Positions 42,150-51,460 of a DNA stretch of 57,477 nt are shown one piece after another. Origin of the DNA: an uncultured Gemmatimonadales bacterium (GTDB taxonomy: Bacteria; Gemmatimonadota; Gemmatimonadetes; JACCXV01; JAHWKZ01). The position numbers were made by a program, and so were the translations under genes. Below the pieces are notes generated by a model. That model worked only from the letters and a program-made list of their open reading frames with translations. It searched no databases and was not told where the DNA came from. Every line of letters starts with the position of its first letter. Within the stretch, counting starts at the first letter, position 1. The stretch spans positions 1 to 57,477 of the forward strand of contig CAMYLR010000026.1 of the NCBI GenBank assembly GCA_947259315.1. The letters run 5' to 3'.

Positions 42150-43121
42150 TTGATCGCACTGAACGAGATCCGAGCGGCGGCCGACCGAATCGCCGGACGG
42201 ATACACCGCACGCCGATCGTGACCAGCACGACGCTCGATCAGCGGGTCGGCGTCCGGCTTCATCTCAAATGTGAGTCGTTTCAGAAGACCGGCTCGTTCA
42301 AGCCGCGGGGAGCGCTCAACAAGATCGAGTCGCTAGGCCCCGACGAGCGGAGTGCGGGCCTCATCACAACGTCGGCTGGCAACCACGCTCAAGGGGTCGC
42401 ATGGGCAGCGCGAGAGGTCGGTGCGCCTTGCACCGTGGTCATGCCTACCGACGCACCACAATCGAAGATCAATGCGGTGATCGAGTACGGCGCGGACGTG
42501 ATCCTCGAAGCCGATCGGACGATCCTCTTCGAGCGCGTCGAGGAGGAACGCCAGGCACGTGGCGCGACGTTTGTGCACCCGTTTGACGATCCGGTCGTGT
42601 TGGCCGGGGCGGGAACGACCGGACTCGAGATCGTCGAAGACGTCCCCGACGTCGACATGGTCGTCGTGCCGGTCGGCGGTGGAGGATTGCTCGGCGGTAT
42701 CGCCTCGGCGGTGAAGGCGATTCGACCTGAGGTGCGCGTAGTTGCGGTCGAGCTTGAGGCCGGGCCCGGCCTGGGGCCCGCGCTCGAGGCCGGGCGACCC
42801 GTGACTGTCCCACGGCCCCAGCCAACGTTGGCCGACGGCATGACGCCACCTTTCGTCGGCCAACTACCGCTCGAAATCGCGCAGCACGCGGTGGACGAGG
42901 TCGTCGTCGTGAACGAGGCCGAAATCGCCGCTGCGATGGAGCTCCTGTTGACGCGCTGCAAGTTGCTCGTCGAGGGGTCGGGTGCAGCGGCGACCGCGGC
43001 GATTCTAGCGGGTCGGATCGTGCTGCGTGACGGGGCCCGAGTCGTATCCGTAGTATCGGGTGGCAACGTGGACCTCGCGACTCTGGCCAAGACGCTTGAA
43101 AAGCGGGGGCAGCTGACATGA
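42150..43121 (+). CDS. PLP-dependent serine/threonine dehydratase family enzyme
   Basis: KCESFQKTGSFKPRGA, SAGNHAQG, PVGGGGL, SGGN; no ACT domain. Confidence 0.9.
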   Translation: MIALNEIRAAADRIAGRIHRTPIVTSTTLDQRVGVRLHLKCESFQKTGSFKPRGALNKIESLGPDERSAGLITTSAGNHAQGVAWAAREVGAPCTVVMPTDAPQSKINAVIEYGADVILEADRTILFERVEEERQARGATFVHPFDDPVVLAGAGTTGLEIVEDVPDVDMVVVPVGGGGLLGGIASAVKAIRPEVRVVAVELEAGPGLGPALEAGRPVTVPRPQPTLADGMTPPFVGQLPLEIAQHAVDEVVVVNEAEIAAAMELLLTRCKLLVEGSGAAATAAILAGRIVLRDGARVVSVVSGGNVDLATLAKTLEKRGQLT

Positions 43122-44101
43122 AGGTCCTGGCGCTAAGTGCAAGCGACGTCGAAGCGCTGCTCCCAATAGACGAGTGTATCGACGTCGTCGGCGACGCGTT
43201 GGCGGATCTGTCGCGAGAAGAGTCGATCAATCCGTTGCGCTCGATGGTCCGGTTTCCGAGCGGTGACGGGTTGCTGGGACTGATGCCAGCGGTGACGAAG
43301 TCACCACCGGTCAGCGGCATAAAGATCCTGACCGTGATGCCGGGCAACGAAGGGACCCCGTACGATTCGCACCAAGGGGTGGTCATGCTGTTCGAGATGG
43401 AGCACGGTCGGCCAGTGGCGATCGTCGATGCAAGCGCGATCACCGCCATTCGGACGGCGGCGGCGAGCGGTCTCGCGACCCGTCTCCTGGCGCGTGAAGA
43501 CGCGAGTCGGTTGGCGATCCTGGGCTCCGGTGTTCAGGCCCGTAGCCATCTCGACGCGATGCGAGCGGTCCGGCCGGTCACGACGGCAGTGGTTTGCAGT
43601 CGATCGGGCGACCGCGCTCGCGCGTTCGCCGAGCACCACTCCGAGCGCTGTGGCATCTCGATCGATGTCGCGGTGTCGGTTCAAGAGGCGATCGAAGGAG
43701 CAGACTTGATCTGTACGACGACCTCGGCACGGGAACCGATCGTCTGTGGCGATTGGTTGGAGCCTGGCACGCACATCAACGCCGTCGGCGCTTGCTTCCC
43801 GACCGTTCGCGAGTTTGACACCCGGGCCATCGTTAACTCCCGGCTGTTCGTCGACCGGCGCGAGTCGGCGCTGAACGAGTCCGGCGACTTTTTGATCCCC
43901 AAAGCCGAGGGAGCGATCGACGACGACCACATCGTGGGCGAGATCGGAGAACTCGTTTTGGGTCGCATCGAGGGTCGAACCGCTCCGGAGCAGATTACCC
44001 TGTTCAAGTCACTCGGTGTGGCGGTCGAGGATCTGGCCTCCGCCCATCACGTTTATCAAAAGGCGCTCGAAACTGGCCACGGGTGCGAGATCGATCTCTG
44101 A
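43118..44101 (+). CDS. Ornithine cyclodeaminase/mu-crystallin family (imine reductase-like)
   Basis: TAIRTAAAS, GSGVQARSH, HINAVGA, FKSLGVAVED. Confidence 0.9.
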   Translation: MKVLALSASDVEALLPIDECIDVVGDALADLSREESINPLRSMVRFPSGDGLLGLMPAVTKSPPVSGIKILTVMPGNEGTPYDSHQGVVMLFEMEHGRPVAIVDASAITAIRTAAASGLATRLLAREDASRLAILGSGVQARSHLDAMRAVRPVTTAVVCSRSGDRARAFAEHHSERCGISIDVAVSVQEAIEGADLICTTTSAREPIVCGDWLEPGTHINAVGACFPTVREFDTRAIVNSRLFVDRRESALNESGDFLIPKAEGAIDDDHIVGEIGELVLGRIEGRTAPEQITLFKSLGVAVEDLASAHHVYQKALETGHGCEIDL

Positions 44102-44157
44102 TATAATGGACTAGACGGCGCGAGAAGCGCGTCGCCGATCACGGACTCTGTTGGAGG

Positions 44158-45546
44158 ATGAATACCATGGCGATCCTGATACAGAACGCCGAAGTCGTCA
44201 GCGCTACCGAGACAAAACGCACCAATGTGCGAGTCGAGCACGAGAAGATCGCCGCCGTTGGCGAGGATGTGGTCGCCGAGTCCGGCGACGAGATCGTCGA
44301 CGGCTCTGATCAGCTACTCATACCGGGTGGAGTTGATCCACACGTTCATATGGCGTTGCCATTTATGGGTACGGTTTCGATCGACGACTTCGAGAGCGGC
44401 ACGATCGCCGGGATCATGGGCGGTACGACGAGTCTGATCGACTTCGCGATTCCTGCCAAAGGCGAGTCGCTTCTAGAGACACTCGATGTCTGGTACGAGA
44501 AGTCGGCCGGAAAAGCCGCTCACGACTACACGTTTCACATGGCGGTCGTCGATTGGGACGAGCGAATCGCCGAAGAGATTCCCAAGGTCGTCAGCGATCA
44601 CGGCATTACCTCGTTCAAGATCTTCATGGCTTATAAAGGCGTCTTCGACGTCAACGACGAACAGATCTTCCATATCCTCGAGGCGACCAAGGCGGCGGGT
44701 GGGTTCGTCAACGTGCACGCCGTGAACGGCGATATCCAGCTCATGCTGGCGGATCGGTTCGCCGAGCAGGGAAACACCGACACCCGTTATCACGCGCTCG
44801 CTCAACCTCCTCGGGCCGAGGGTGAAGCGACAGGTCGCGTGATCGACCTCGGCGCGATCGTCGAGCAGCAGGTCTACATCGTGCACGTCACGTGTGAGCC
44901 CGCCGTCGAGCGGATCGCGGCGGCACGTGCACGCGGCGAGCCGGTGTGGGGCGAGACGTGCCCCCAGTACTTGCTACTGGATGACTCGCTGTACGACCTC
45001 CCCGACTTTGAGGGTGCCAAGTACGTGTTGTCGCCGCCGCTGCGAAAGAAAAAGGACCAGGACGTGTTGTGGAGGGCGCTGGCCGACAACGAGATCTCGG
45101 TCATGGGCACCGACCACTGTGCGTTTACGTTTAGCGAGCAGAAGCAGATGGGCCGGGACGATTTTCGGTTGATACCGAACGGTTTCATGGGGCTCCAGGA
45201 GCGCTTGCCGCTGCTGTACACGCACGGCGTCACCAAAGGCAGGATCAGCGCCAATCGTTGGGTCGAGCTGTGCTCTACGAACCCGGCCAAGATCTTTGGT
45301 CTCTACCCACGCAAGGGGACGATCGAGGTTGGCTCAGACGCGGATCTCGTGCTGTGGGATCCAGCGGCGACCGACACGATCTCGGCAGAGACGCACTTCT
45401 CGCGCTGCGATTACAACGTGTACGAAGGGTTCGAAACGATGGGTGGTCCAACCAAGGTGTGGGTCCGCGGCGAGCTCGCAGCGTCGGAGGGCGAGTTCGT
45501 CGGCACCGTCGGCCGCGGCGAGTTCGTCAAGCGTCCGCCACGTTAG
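44158..45546 (+). CDS. hydA: Dihydropyrimidinase
   Basis: PGGVDPHVH, SFKIFMAYK, ETCPQY, TDHCAF, NPAKIFG; TATAAT at 44102 and GGAGG RBS. Confidence 0.95.
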   Translation: MNTMAILIQNAEVVSATETKRTNVRVEHEKIAAVGEDVVAESGDEIVDGSDQLLIPGGVDPHVHMALPFMGTVSIDDFESGTIAGIMGGTTSLIDFAIPAKGESLLETLDVWYEKSAGKAAHDYTFHMAVVDWDERIAEEIPKVVSDHGITSFKIFMAYKGVFDVNDEQIFHILEATKAAGGFVNVHAVNGDIQLMLADRFAEQGNTDTRYHALAQPPRAEGEATGRVIDLGAIVEQQVYIVHVTCEPAVERIAAARARGEPVWGETCPQYLLLDDSLYDLPDFEGAKYVLSPPLRKKKDQDVLWRALADNEISVMGTDHCAFTFSEQKQMGRDDFRLIPNGFMGLQERLPLLYTHGVTKGRISANRWVELCSTNPAKIFGLYPRKGTIEVGSDADLVLWDPAATDTISAETHFSRCDYNVYEGFETMGGPTKVWVRGELAASEGEFVGTVGRGEFVKRPPR

Positions 45547-45547
45547 G

Positions 45548-45829
45548 CTACTCGCCGATAAACTCGCCCTTCGGCGTGAGGATGAAGTCGTCTGTCAACG
45601 GCGCAAACGCCCTCCAGCCGCCGTCGTCGACGGCGCCGAGCACCCGCAGGTCACCACCTTTCTTGGAATCCCAGTAGACCTGGATCTCAATCTGGTAGGC
45701 GACGCCAGAGGCGGCTTTGACCTCGTGGGCGTCGACCTGTCCGATTAGCCCCGAGAGCTCCCCGTAGGAGCGTTTTCGGTACTGCGCCATCTCGTTCGAT
45801 AGCACCGCCAGCGCTTCGGTCTTATCCAT
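45548..45829 (-). CDS. Small hypothetical protein
   Basis: 93 aa globular-looking sequence, YQIEIQVYWD..VDDGG. Confidence 0.7.
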   Translation of the reverse strand: MDKTEALAVLSNEMAQYRKRSYGELSGLIGQVDAHEVKAASGVAYQIEIQVYWDSKKGGDLRVLGAVDDGGWRAFAPLTDDFILTPKGEFIGE

Positions 45830-45875
45830 GCTTCTTCGCCGGCTTTCTGGCGACAATCAATGCCCACCCCACGAT

Positions 45876-46655
45876 TCAACCGCCATTCGACCTGAGCTCG
45901 AAAGTCGGTCCGAGCCGGACCAGGTACTGCGTGAGGGCGTGAATCAACACCACGATACCGGCCAGCTCCAAGCCTTCTTCGAGGGTCGTGATCGCGACGT
46001 AACCGAGGTTGTCTGGACCAAACCGTTCAAAGTGGTGGCCACCCACGAGCTCGATACCGATCGCCCCCCCAACGTAGAGAAACCCCGCCCACAAGAGTCC
46101 TCGTCGCAGTGGCGCCGGTTGCGATCGGAAGAAGCGCCAGTAGACGAGCAGAAAAACGAGCAACAGGATCGATGCGGGTATGATCCACGCGAAGTACAGC
46201 CAACCTCCTAGCCCAAGCGCGAGGCGAACGGGTTCGATCGCGCGCTCGTGGAGCTGTAGCATCTCGTCGATCGACAGATACAGAAGCACGACGACGAGCC
46301 CATACCAATGGCGTTTCCACTTATCGCCTCGGGCGCGAACGACGCTCCCGATCCCGGCGGAGAGCAAGCCGGCCAGAACGAGCAGCAACGAGGTGAAGTA
46401 AGTCGGGAGATTCGTCTCCGAATCGAGGTCGAGCATCTGCACGATCCCGTGGGATCTCCCCGCGGGGAGAAGATGATCCCACACCTGGGTGACGATGCTC
46501 GCCACGACGAGGCTGATCGCAACCACCGCGAGCCCGCGCACGAGAAGCGCGGGCTCGATAGTGACGCGTGAGTTTTGGGGGACTCTAAGCAGCTGCTCGC
46601 GGTTTGTACACCATCGCTGCGACGATCCCGAGGATGATCGAGATAACCAGGCCAC
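45876..46655 (-). CDS. Hypothetical multi-TM protein (start uncertain, probably near 46570)
   Basis: LDSETNLPTYF, SIDEMLQLHE, LEEGLELAG; six to seven TM helices. Confidence 0.7.
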   Translation of the reverse strand: MAWLSRSSSGSSQRWCTNREQLLRVPQNSRVTIEPALLVRGLAVVAISLVVASIVTQVWDHLLPAGRSHGIVQMLDLDSETNLPTYFTSLLLVLAGLLSAGIGSVVRARGDKWKRHWYGLVVVLLYLSIDEMLQLHERAIEPVRLALGLGGWLYFAWIIPASILLLVFLLVYWRFFRSQPAPLRRGLLWAGFLYVGGAIGIELVGGHHFERFGPDNLGYVAITTLEEGLELAGIVVLIHALTQYLVRLGPTFELRSNGG

Positions 46656-47001
46656 TGAAGAGCCATTGCAGCACCAGGCTGTACGGGATCGGGTAGATCA
46701 CGTACGAGTCGTAGACCACGGGAAGCGTGTAGAACAACGTGATGATCACACCGAACCGGAACCCCTCGCCGACACCCCGGTTCTCGTAGCCGCGAGCGAA
46801 GATGTAGCAGAAGAAGAAGCAGAAGAACGCGCTGCTTACGTACATGACCCACATCTTGGACATCATCTCGGCTTCGGGCCGCCACACGGCCGACAGCGAT
46901 TGATAGGTGTCTGCGAGCCACACCTGGTGGATCAAGTACCCGAGGATCTGGTACACGATGTAAGTCGCCACAAAACTCATGAGCAAGCGTTTCGTGTTCA
47001 C
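46585..47001 (-). CDS. Hypothetical four-TM protein (DUF1761-like)
   Basis: GAGGAGG RBS, GTG start, hydrophobic helices. Confidence 0.75.
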   Translation of the reverse strand: MNTKRLLMSFVATYIVYQILGYLIHQVWLADTYQSLSAVWRPEAEMMSKMWVMYVSSAFFCFFFCYIFARGYENRGVGEGFRFGVIITLFYTLPVVYDSYVIYPIPYSLVLQWLFSGLVISIILGIVAAMVYKPRAAA

Positions 47002-47020
47002 CTTTTTTCCTCCTCTGCCG

Positions 47021-47404
47021 TTAGGATGCGGGCCTTCTTTTTGGTGCCAGGACGAGCAACAACACGCCGACCAGTGCCAGCGCAGGAACGTCGCCAAACA
47101 AGTGACCGCTATCGGCCTCGTCGCCAAGCGCCTGGAACGCCATGATCAACGCGTGGACGATGCTCGACCAGGCGGCGAAAAGGATCAGGCTGCGGTGCTC
47201 GGCGGGATTGCGCGACGCCAGCAACATGAAGACCCCGAGTGTCGCGTAGACGCCCATGATCATCCCTTCGTACTCGGGCTGATTCGGGACCCAACGCCAC
47301 CCCTCGGGCCAGATCCGGGTCATCGGATAGATGCCGACGATGAAGATCAAGCCAAACACGATGAGAGCCAGGCTGAGCGCTTTGTAACGATCGGTCTCGG
47401 CCAC
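47021..47404 (-). CDS. DUF6632-like membrane protein
   Basis: WPEGWRW, MIMGVYATLGVFMLLASRNP, WSSIVHA; GGAGG RBS. Confidence 0.75.
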   Translation of the reverse strand: MAETDRYKALSLALIVFGLIFIVGIYPMTRIWPEGWRWVPNQPEYEGMIMGVYATLGVFMLLASRNPAEHRSLILFAAWSSIVHALIMAFQALGDEADSGHLFGDVPALALVGVLLLVLAPKRRPAS

Positions 47405-47524
47405 GGGGAACCTCCAACCGGTGGTAATGAGGGTGGAGCGAGGAGCGATCGTGACCCCTAAGGTCGCTCTCCACAACAGAGGGAGTCAACCGGTGGGGTT
47501 TTCTGACGGGAAGAGAGGGCTCTT

Positions 47525-48379
47525 CTAGCTGCGGGTGACGATCCCAGAAGCGACCAGGATCAGCGCTCCACCGGCGACCGCGCCGCCAGTCAGCGATTCG
47601 CCGAGCAAGGCGATACCCGAGGCTGCGCCGACGACAGGCTCCAGATTGATGAACACCCCGGCGCGTCCGGCTTCCATCCGGCCGACGCCCCAGTTCCAGA
47701 GCAGAAACGGTGCCACAGTGCACGCGATCGCCAATGCGAACAGCGCGCCCCAGGCGTGGCCGGAAATGGCTGTCGACGGAAGCCCGGACCACCCGATCGT
47801 TATCGGTACCAACGTCAAGGTGCCGCCGATCAGGATGTAGGCGGTCGCCAGCGTGGCCGAGTAGCGGCGGATGAAGCGGAGGCTCAGCAAGACCCATAAC
47901 GGCACGAAGCACATCGAGAGGAATACCAACGCATCGCCGGTCCAGTCTCGGCCTGGGCCGGGCAATCCGACCATGATCCCGACCCCGAGGGTCGAGAGGA
48001 ATATCGCCGCCCAGCCCCACGCTCCGAGGCGTTCGCGATGGACCATAAACGCCGCCAAGGCGATAAGTGGTGGTCCCGCGCCGATGATCAGCGACGCGCT
48101 GGCGACGCTGGTTCGCTCGAGCCCGGCGAACTGAGTCAGCATGGTGAGCGGCACGCACAGAGTACCCGTCAGCAGCAGCAGCGGGACGTCGCACCGGCGA
48201 GGGAGCTTGCGCCTGTGCGCCGTGACCGCCGCTAGCACCGTCGAAGCGATCGCAAAACGGTATAGCACCAGGTGCGCGGGGTTGAGCTCAGCCAACGCGA
48301 CCTTCGCGAACAGAAACGCCAGGCCCCACAACACACAGGCGGTGGCAACCGCGATCACTGGACGTGAGGCGCGGCTCAC
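47525..48379 (-). CDS. EamA/DMT family exporter
   Basis: LWG..F, ten TM helices, WNWG..AG.FINLEPV. Confidence 0.92.
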   Translation of the reverse strand: MSRASRPVIAVATACVLWGLAFLFAKVALAELNPAHLVLYRFAIASTVLAAVTAHRRKLPRRCDVPLLLLTGTLCVPLTMLTQFAGLERTSVASASLIIGAGPPLIALAAFMVHRERLGAWGWAAIFLSTLGVGIMVGLPGPGRDWTGDALVFLSMCFVPLWVLLSLRFIRRYSATLATAYILIGGTLTLVPITIGWSGLPSTAISGHAWGALFALAIACTVAPFLLWNWGVGRMEAGRAGVFINLEPVVGAASGIALLGESLTGGAVAGGALILVASGIVTRS

Positions 48380-48600
48380 GCCGGTGGTGGGGGCAGGTAC
48401 GTGGATCGGGGCTCACTCTCGGCGTCGAGGATCGCTCGATGCGCCCCGTGGTTCTGGTGCCGCTCAACGGTTGGGAACAGCGGAAACCGCAAGTTGGCGA
48501 TCGCCAGAGAAGACCTACGTCGGCTCGGACGGGCGTAAGGGCCCGCCCCAGCGCCGTTTAGGCGGTTCTTTCCATTCGATATCCGAAGCCATCCGAGCAT
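48376..48600 (-). CDS. Small basic ORF coupled to the EamA gene
   Basis: AAAAGGAGGT RBS before ATG; stop overlaps EamA start (GTGA). Confidence 0.5.
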   Translation of the reverse strand: MLGWLRISNGKNRLNGAGAGPYARPSRRRSSLAIANLRFPLFPTVERHQNHGAHRAILDAESEPRSTYLPPPPA

Positions 48601-48639
48601 TCTGGGACCTCCTTTTCCTGCAGCCGGGGGCTTTGACTC

Positions 48640-48730
48640 TTGACGAAATCCCCCTAACCGGCTAAAATCATTTTGATGGTGATATTGTACACGATGGACA
48701 CTAACCTGTCAAGGCTTGTTTGATGGTTAG
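48640..48730 (+). promoter_or_regulatory. sigma70 promoter with two CTAACC-N18-GGT(T/G)A operator-like sites
   Basis: TTGACG-N17-TAAAAT (48640-48668); sites at 48654-48683 and 48701-48730. Confidence 0.7.
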
Positions 48731-49355
48731 CACAAAGGATTTCGAGCATCGCCCACAAGTCGGTAAGCGGCTCACCCTCGACTTCATCAACACCGAGGGC
48801 GAGGAGCGAAACGGACCGCCTGACTGGCTCGAGAGCTATTCAGATGTGGTCAGGTGGTGCGCAGCAGAGGGTTTGCTGACCGCCGACCAGACGGCCGACG
48901 TCTTGGCCGAGGCCTCAGAGAGACCTGGGGCGGCTGACGAGGTGTTCGACCGGGTGATCAAGCTCCGGGAGGGGTTGTTCCGGATTCTCCGGTCGCTTCG
49001 TCAGGGCAAGGCGCCTGTTGGCGAGGATTTGGCGATCCTCGATCGCGAGCTGTCAGCTGCGATGGCGAATCTCAAGTTCACACCAAGCGGTGACCGCTTT
49101 GAGTGGCGCTTTGGCGGTGGGGAACACGAACTCGATCGAGTGCTCTGGCCGATCGTCCGCGACGCCGCGGATCTCTTGAGCTCGGATGTGCTCGAGCGGG
49201 TCGAAGAGTGCGACGGCGACAACTGCACGTGGCTTTTTGTCGACACCAGCCGCAATCACAGCCGTCGCTGGTGCACGATGGGCGACTGTGGGAACCGAGC
49301 CAAAGCGCGGCGCTACTACCAACGACACAAACGTAGCGCCAGCACCACCCCGTAG
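48720..49355 (+). CDS. ABATE/CGNR zinc-finger transcriptional regulator
   Basis: LDFINT, ECDGDNCTWLFVDTSRNHSRRWCTMGDCGNRAK. Confidence 0.93.
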   Translation: MMVSTKDFEHRPQVGKRLTLDFINTEGEERNGPPDWLESYSDVVRWCAAEGLLTADQTADVLAEASERPGAADEVFDRVIKLREGLFRILRSLRQGKAPVGEDLAILDRELSAAMANLKFTPSGDRFEWRFGGGEHELDRVLWPIVRDAADLLSSDVLERVEECDGDNCTWLFVDTSRNHSRRWCTMGDCGNRAKARRYYQRHKRSASTTP

Positions 49356-49387
49356 CGTTCTCCAACGCGCGTTCGCTATCGTAGTGG

Positions 49388-51448
49388 GTGAACCTCTCCT
49401 TACTAAACGCGATTGGCCTCCCGGTTCAACTCGTCGTTCGGCGCCTTCGTACCCAGTTCGCCGGTAACGAAAACGCACTCTTCTTTATCGCCGTCTGTCT
49501 GGTTGGGCTCCTCGGAGGCCTCGCAGGGGCAGCGTTCCGCTGGTCACTCGACATGGCGGTTTGGTTGCTCTGGGGCCGGCCCGATGAGTTGATCGTCGCG
49601 GCGCTGGGAGCGCCACGTTTCTACCGGCTGGGGGTTCCGATCCTCGGGGCTGGGGCGGCGGCTGTGTTGGCGATGTTCTTCTCCCGCCTCCGGAGAGACA
49701 GGAAGGGGTTCCCCGAGATCCTCGAGGTCATTTCGATCGGCGGGCAGACGATTCAGCTGTCCGCGGCGCTTGAGCGAGCCTCTTCGTCACTGATGACACT
49801 GGCTTCCGGAGGCGCCGTTGGTCGCGAGGGGCCAATGGGTCAGATCGCCGCGGCGATCGGCTCCCGCGTTGGTCGCTCGTTCCGATTCTCAGAGGATCGC
49901 GTTCGCATCTTGATGGCCGCTGGTATCGCAGCCGGGTTCGCAGCTGCGTACAACACCCCGATCGGTGCCACGTTGTTCGTCATGGAAGTGATTATCGGTT
50001 CCTTCAACATGTTGTTCTTTGGTCCAGCGGTGATCGCGGCCGCGATCTCGACTTTGGTGACGCGTGTGTTTGTCGGCCCTGGGCCGATCTATCCGCCGGG
50101 ATCGGAGTACGTGATGGTGTCGGTCTGGGAGATCGTACCGTACTTGGTACTCGGTTTTCTGGCTGGGTTGGGTTCGGTCTTGTTCCAAATCGCGATGGAG
50201 CGCATGTACCGTCTGTGGGATCGCATCGAGCTTTCGCAATTGGCCCGGATGACGCTCGGGGGAGCGGTTATCGGATTGTTGGCAGCCGCCTGGCCATTCG
50301 TGTTGGGCAACGGCTACTTGCCCATAAACCTGGTTCTGGCGGGACAGTTGAGCCTCGCGCTCATGGCGACTTTGTTCTTCGTAAAAATGATCGCCACCTC
50401 GGCCACGCTCGCATCCGGTGGTTCGGGCGGCATCTTTACGCCGACGATGTTTCTAGGGGCCATGCTCGGCGGTGTGTTTGGTGGCGTACTGCACGCCTGG
50501 CTGCCGGATCAGACTGGATCTGCCGGCGCCTACGCACTGGCCGGGATGAGCGGTTTGGTCGCCGGGACGACACACGCACCCTTCCTCGCGATCATCATGA
50601 TCTTCGAGCTGACCCAGAACTACGCTATCGTCCTTCCACTCATGCTGACCGCGGTGATGGCGTTTTGGACTTCGCAGGCGCTGCGCCGAACCTCGATTTA
50701 TACCGCTGAGCTGCGACGCCGCGGCATGGAGTGGGAGGGAACACCGCAGGAACGACTGATGCGGTCGTTGTCGGTGAGCGACATCATGCTCCCCAACGTT
50801 GAACTTCATTCACAGAGTCTGTCACTCGAGAAGCTGGTCGAGATCTTCAATGAATCGCGTTGGCTGCAGCTTTACATCGGGGATGAGGACGGGCGGTTTG
50901 TCGGGATCGTCGAGCTGCACGAGGTCAAGCGATTCCTCAGCGAACAGGAGGCGGGTCCGCTGATCGCGGCAGATCTCGTTTCCGAGATCCCGGTCGTCAC
51001 GCCGGAGACGTCGCTCGTCGAAGTGAATGAAAAGCTATGGCTACGGGACTTGGGCCAGCTTCCCGTGATCGACAATGAGGTCGATCGGCGTTTCTTGGGA
51101 ATCGTGACGCGGCGCAGCGTGTTGGGCGCGTTCGATCGCGAGGTGCTGCGTCGCAACGCACTGTTGGCGAAGATGCGCACCGTCGAGGGAACCGGGTTTG
51201 ACTACTTCGAGCTGCCGGCAGAGTCGCAGATGGCGGAGGTGCCGGTACCGACCAGAATGGTGGGCAAGTCACTGCAGGAGTTACACTTGCGACAGGAGTT
51301 CGGCGTCAGCGTTATCGCTATACAGCGGATGGATGCGAGCGGACGCGAGCAGCGGATCGCACCGCATGCGGAAACCGTGCTCGAGCGCCGCGACGTGTTG
51401 GTAGTCATGGGGGAGGAGTCGAGCGTAGAGCGGCTGCGAGGTGAGTAG
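49388..51448 (+). CDS. CLC anion channel/transporter with CBS pair and TrkA-C domain
   Basis: GREGP, AAYNTP, GGIFTP, IFELT, CBS repeats, VGKSLQELHLRQEFGVSVIAIQR. Confidence 0.92.
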   Translation: MNLSLLNAIGLPVQLVVRRLRTQFAGNENALFFIAVCLVGLLGGLAGAAFRWSLDMAVWLLWGRPDELIVAALGAPRFYRLGVPILGAGAAAVLAMFFSRLRRDRKGFPEILEVISIGGQTIQLSAALERASSSLMTLASGGAVGREGPMGQIAAAIGSRVGRSFRFSEDRVRILMAAGIAAGFAAAYNTPIGATLFVMEVIIGSFNMLFFGPAVIAAAISTLVTRVFVGPGPIYPPGSEYVMVSVWEIVPYLVLGFLAGLGSVLFQIAMERMYRLWDRIELSQLARMTLGGAVIGLLAAAWPFVLGNGYLPINLVLAGQLSLALMATLFFVKMIATSATLASGGSGGIFTPTMFLGAMLGGVFGGVLHAWLPDQTGSAGAYALAGMSGLVAGTTHAPFLAIIMIFELTQNYAIVLPLMLTAVMAFWTSQALRRTSIYTAELRRRGMEWEGTPQERLMRSLSVSDIMLPNVELHSQSLSLEKLVEIFNESRWLQLYIGDEDGRFVGIVELHEVKRFLSEQEAGPLIAADLVSEIPVVTPETSLVEVNEKLWLRDLGQLPVIDNEVDRRFLGIVTRRSVLGAFDREVLRRNALLAKMRTVEGTGFDYFELPAESQMAEVPVPTRMVGKSLQELHLRQEFGVSVIAIQRMDASGREQRIAPHAETVLERRDVLVVMGEESSVERLRGE

Positions 51449-51460
51449 CGGGCCGGCGGC

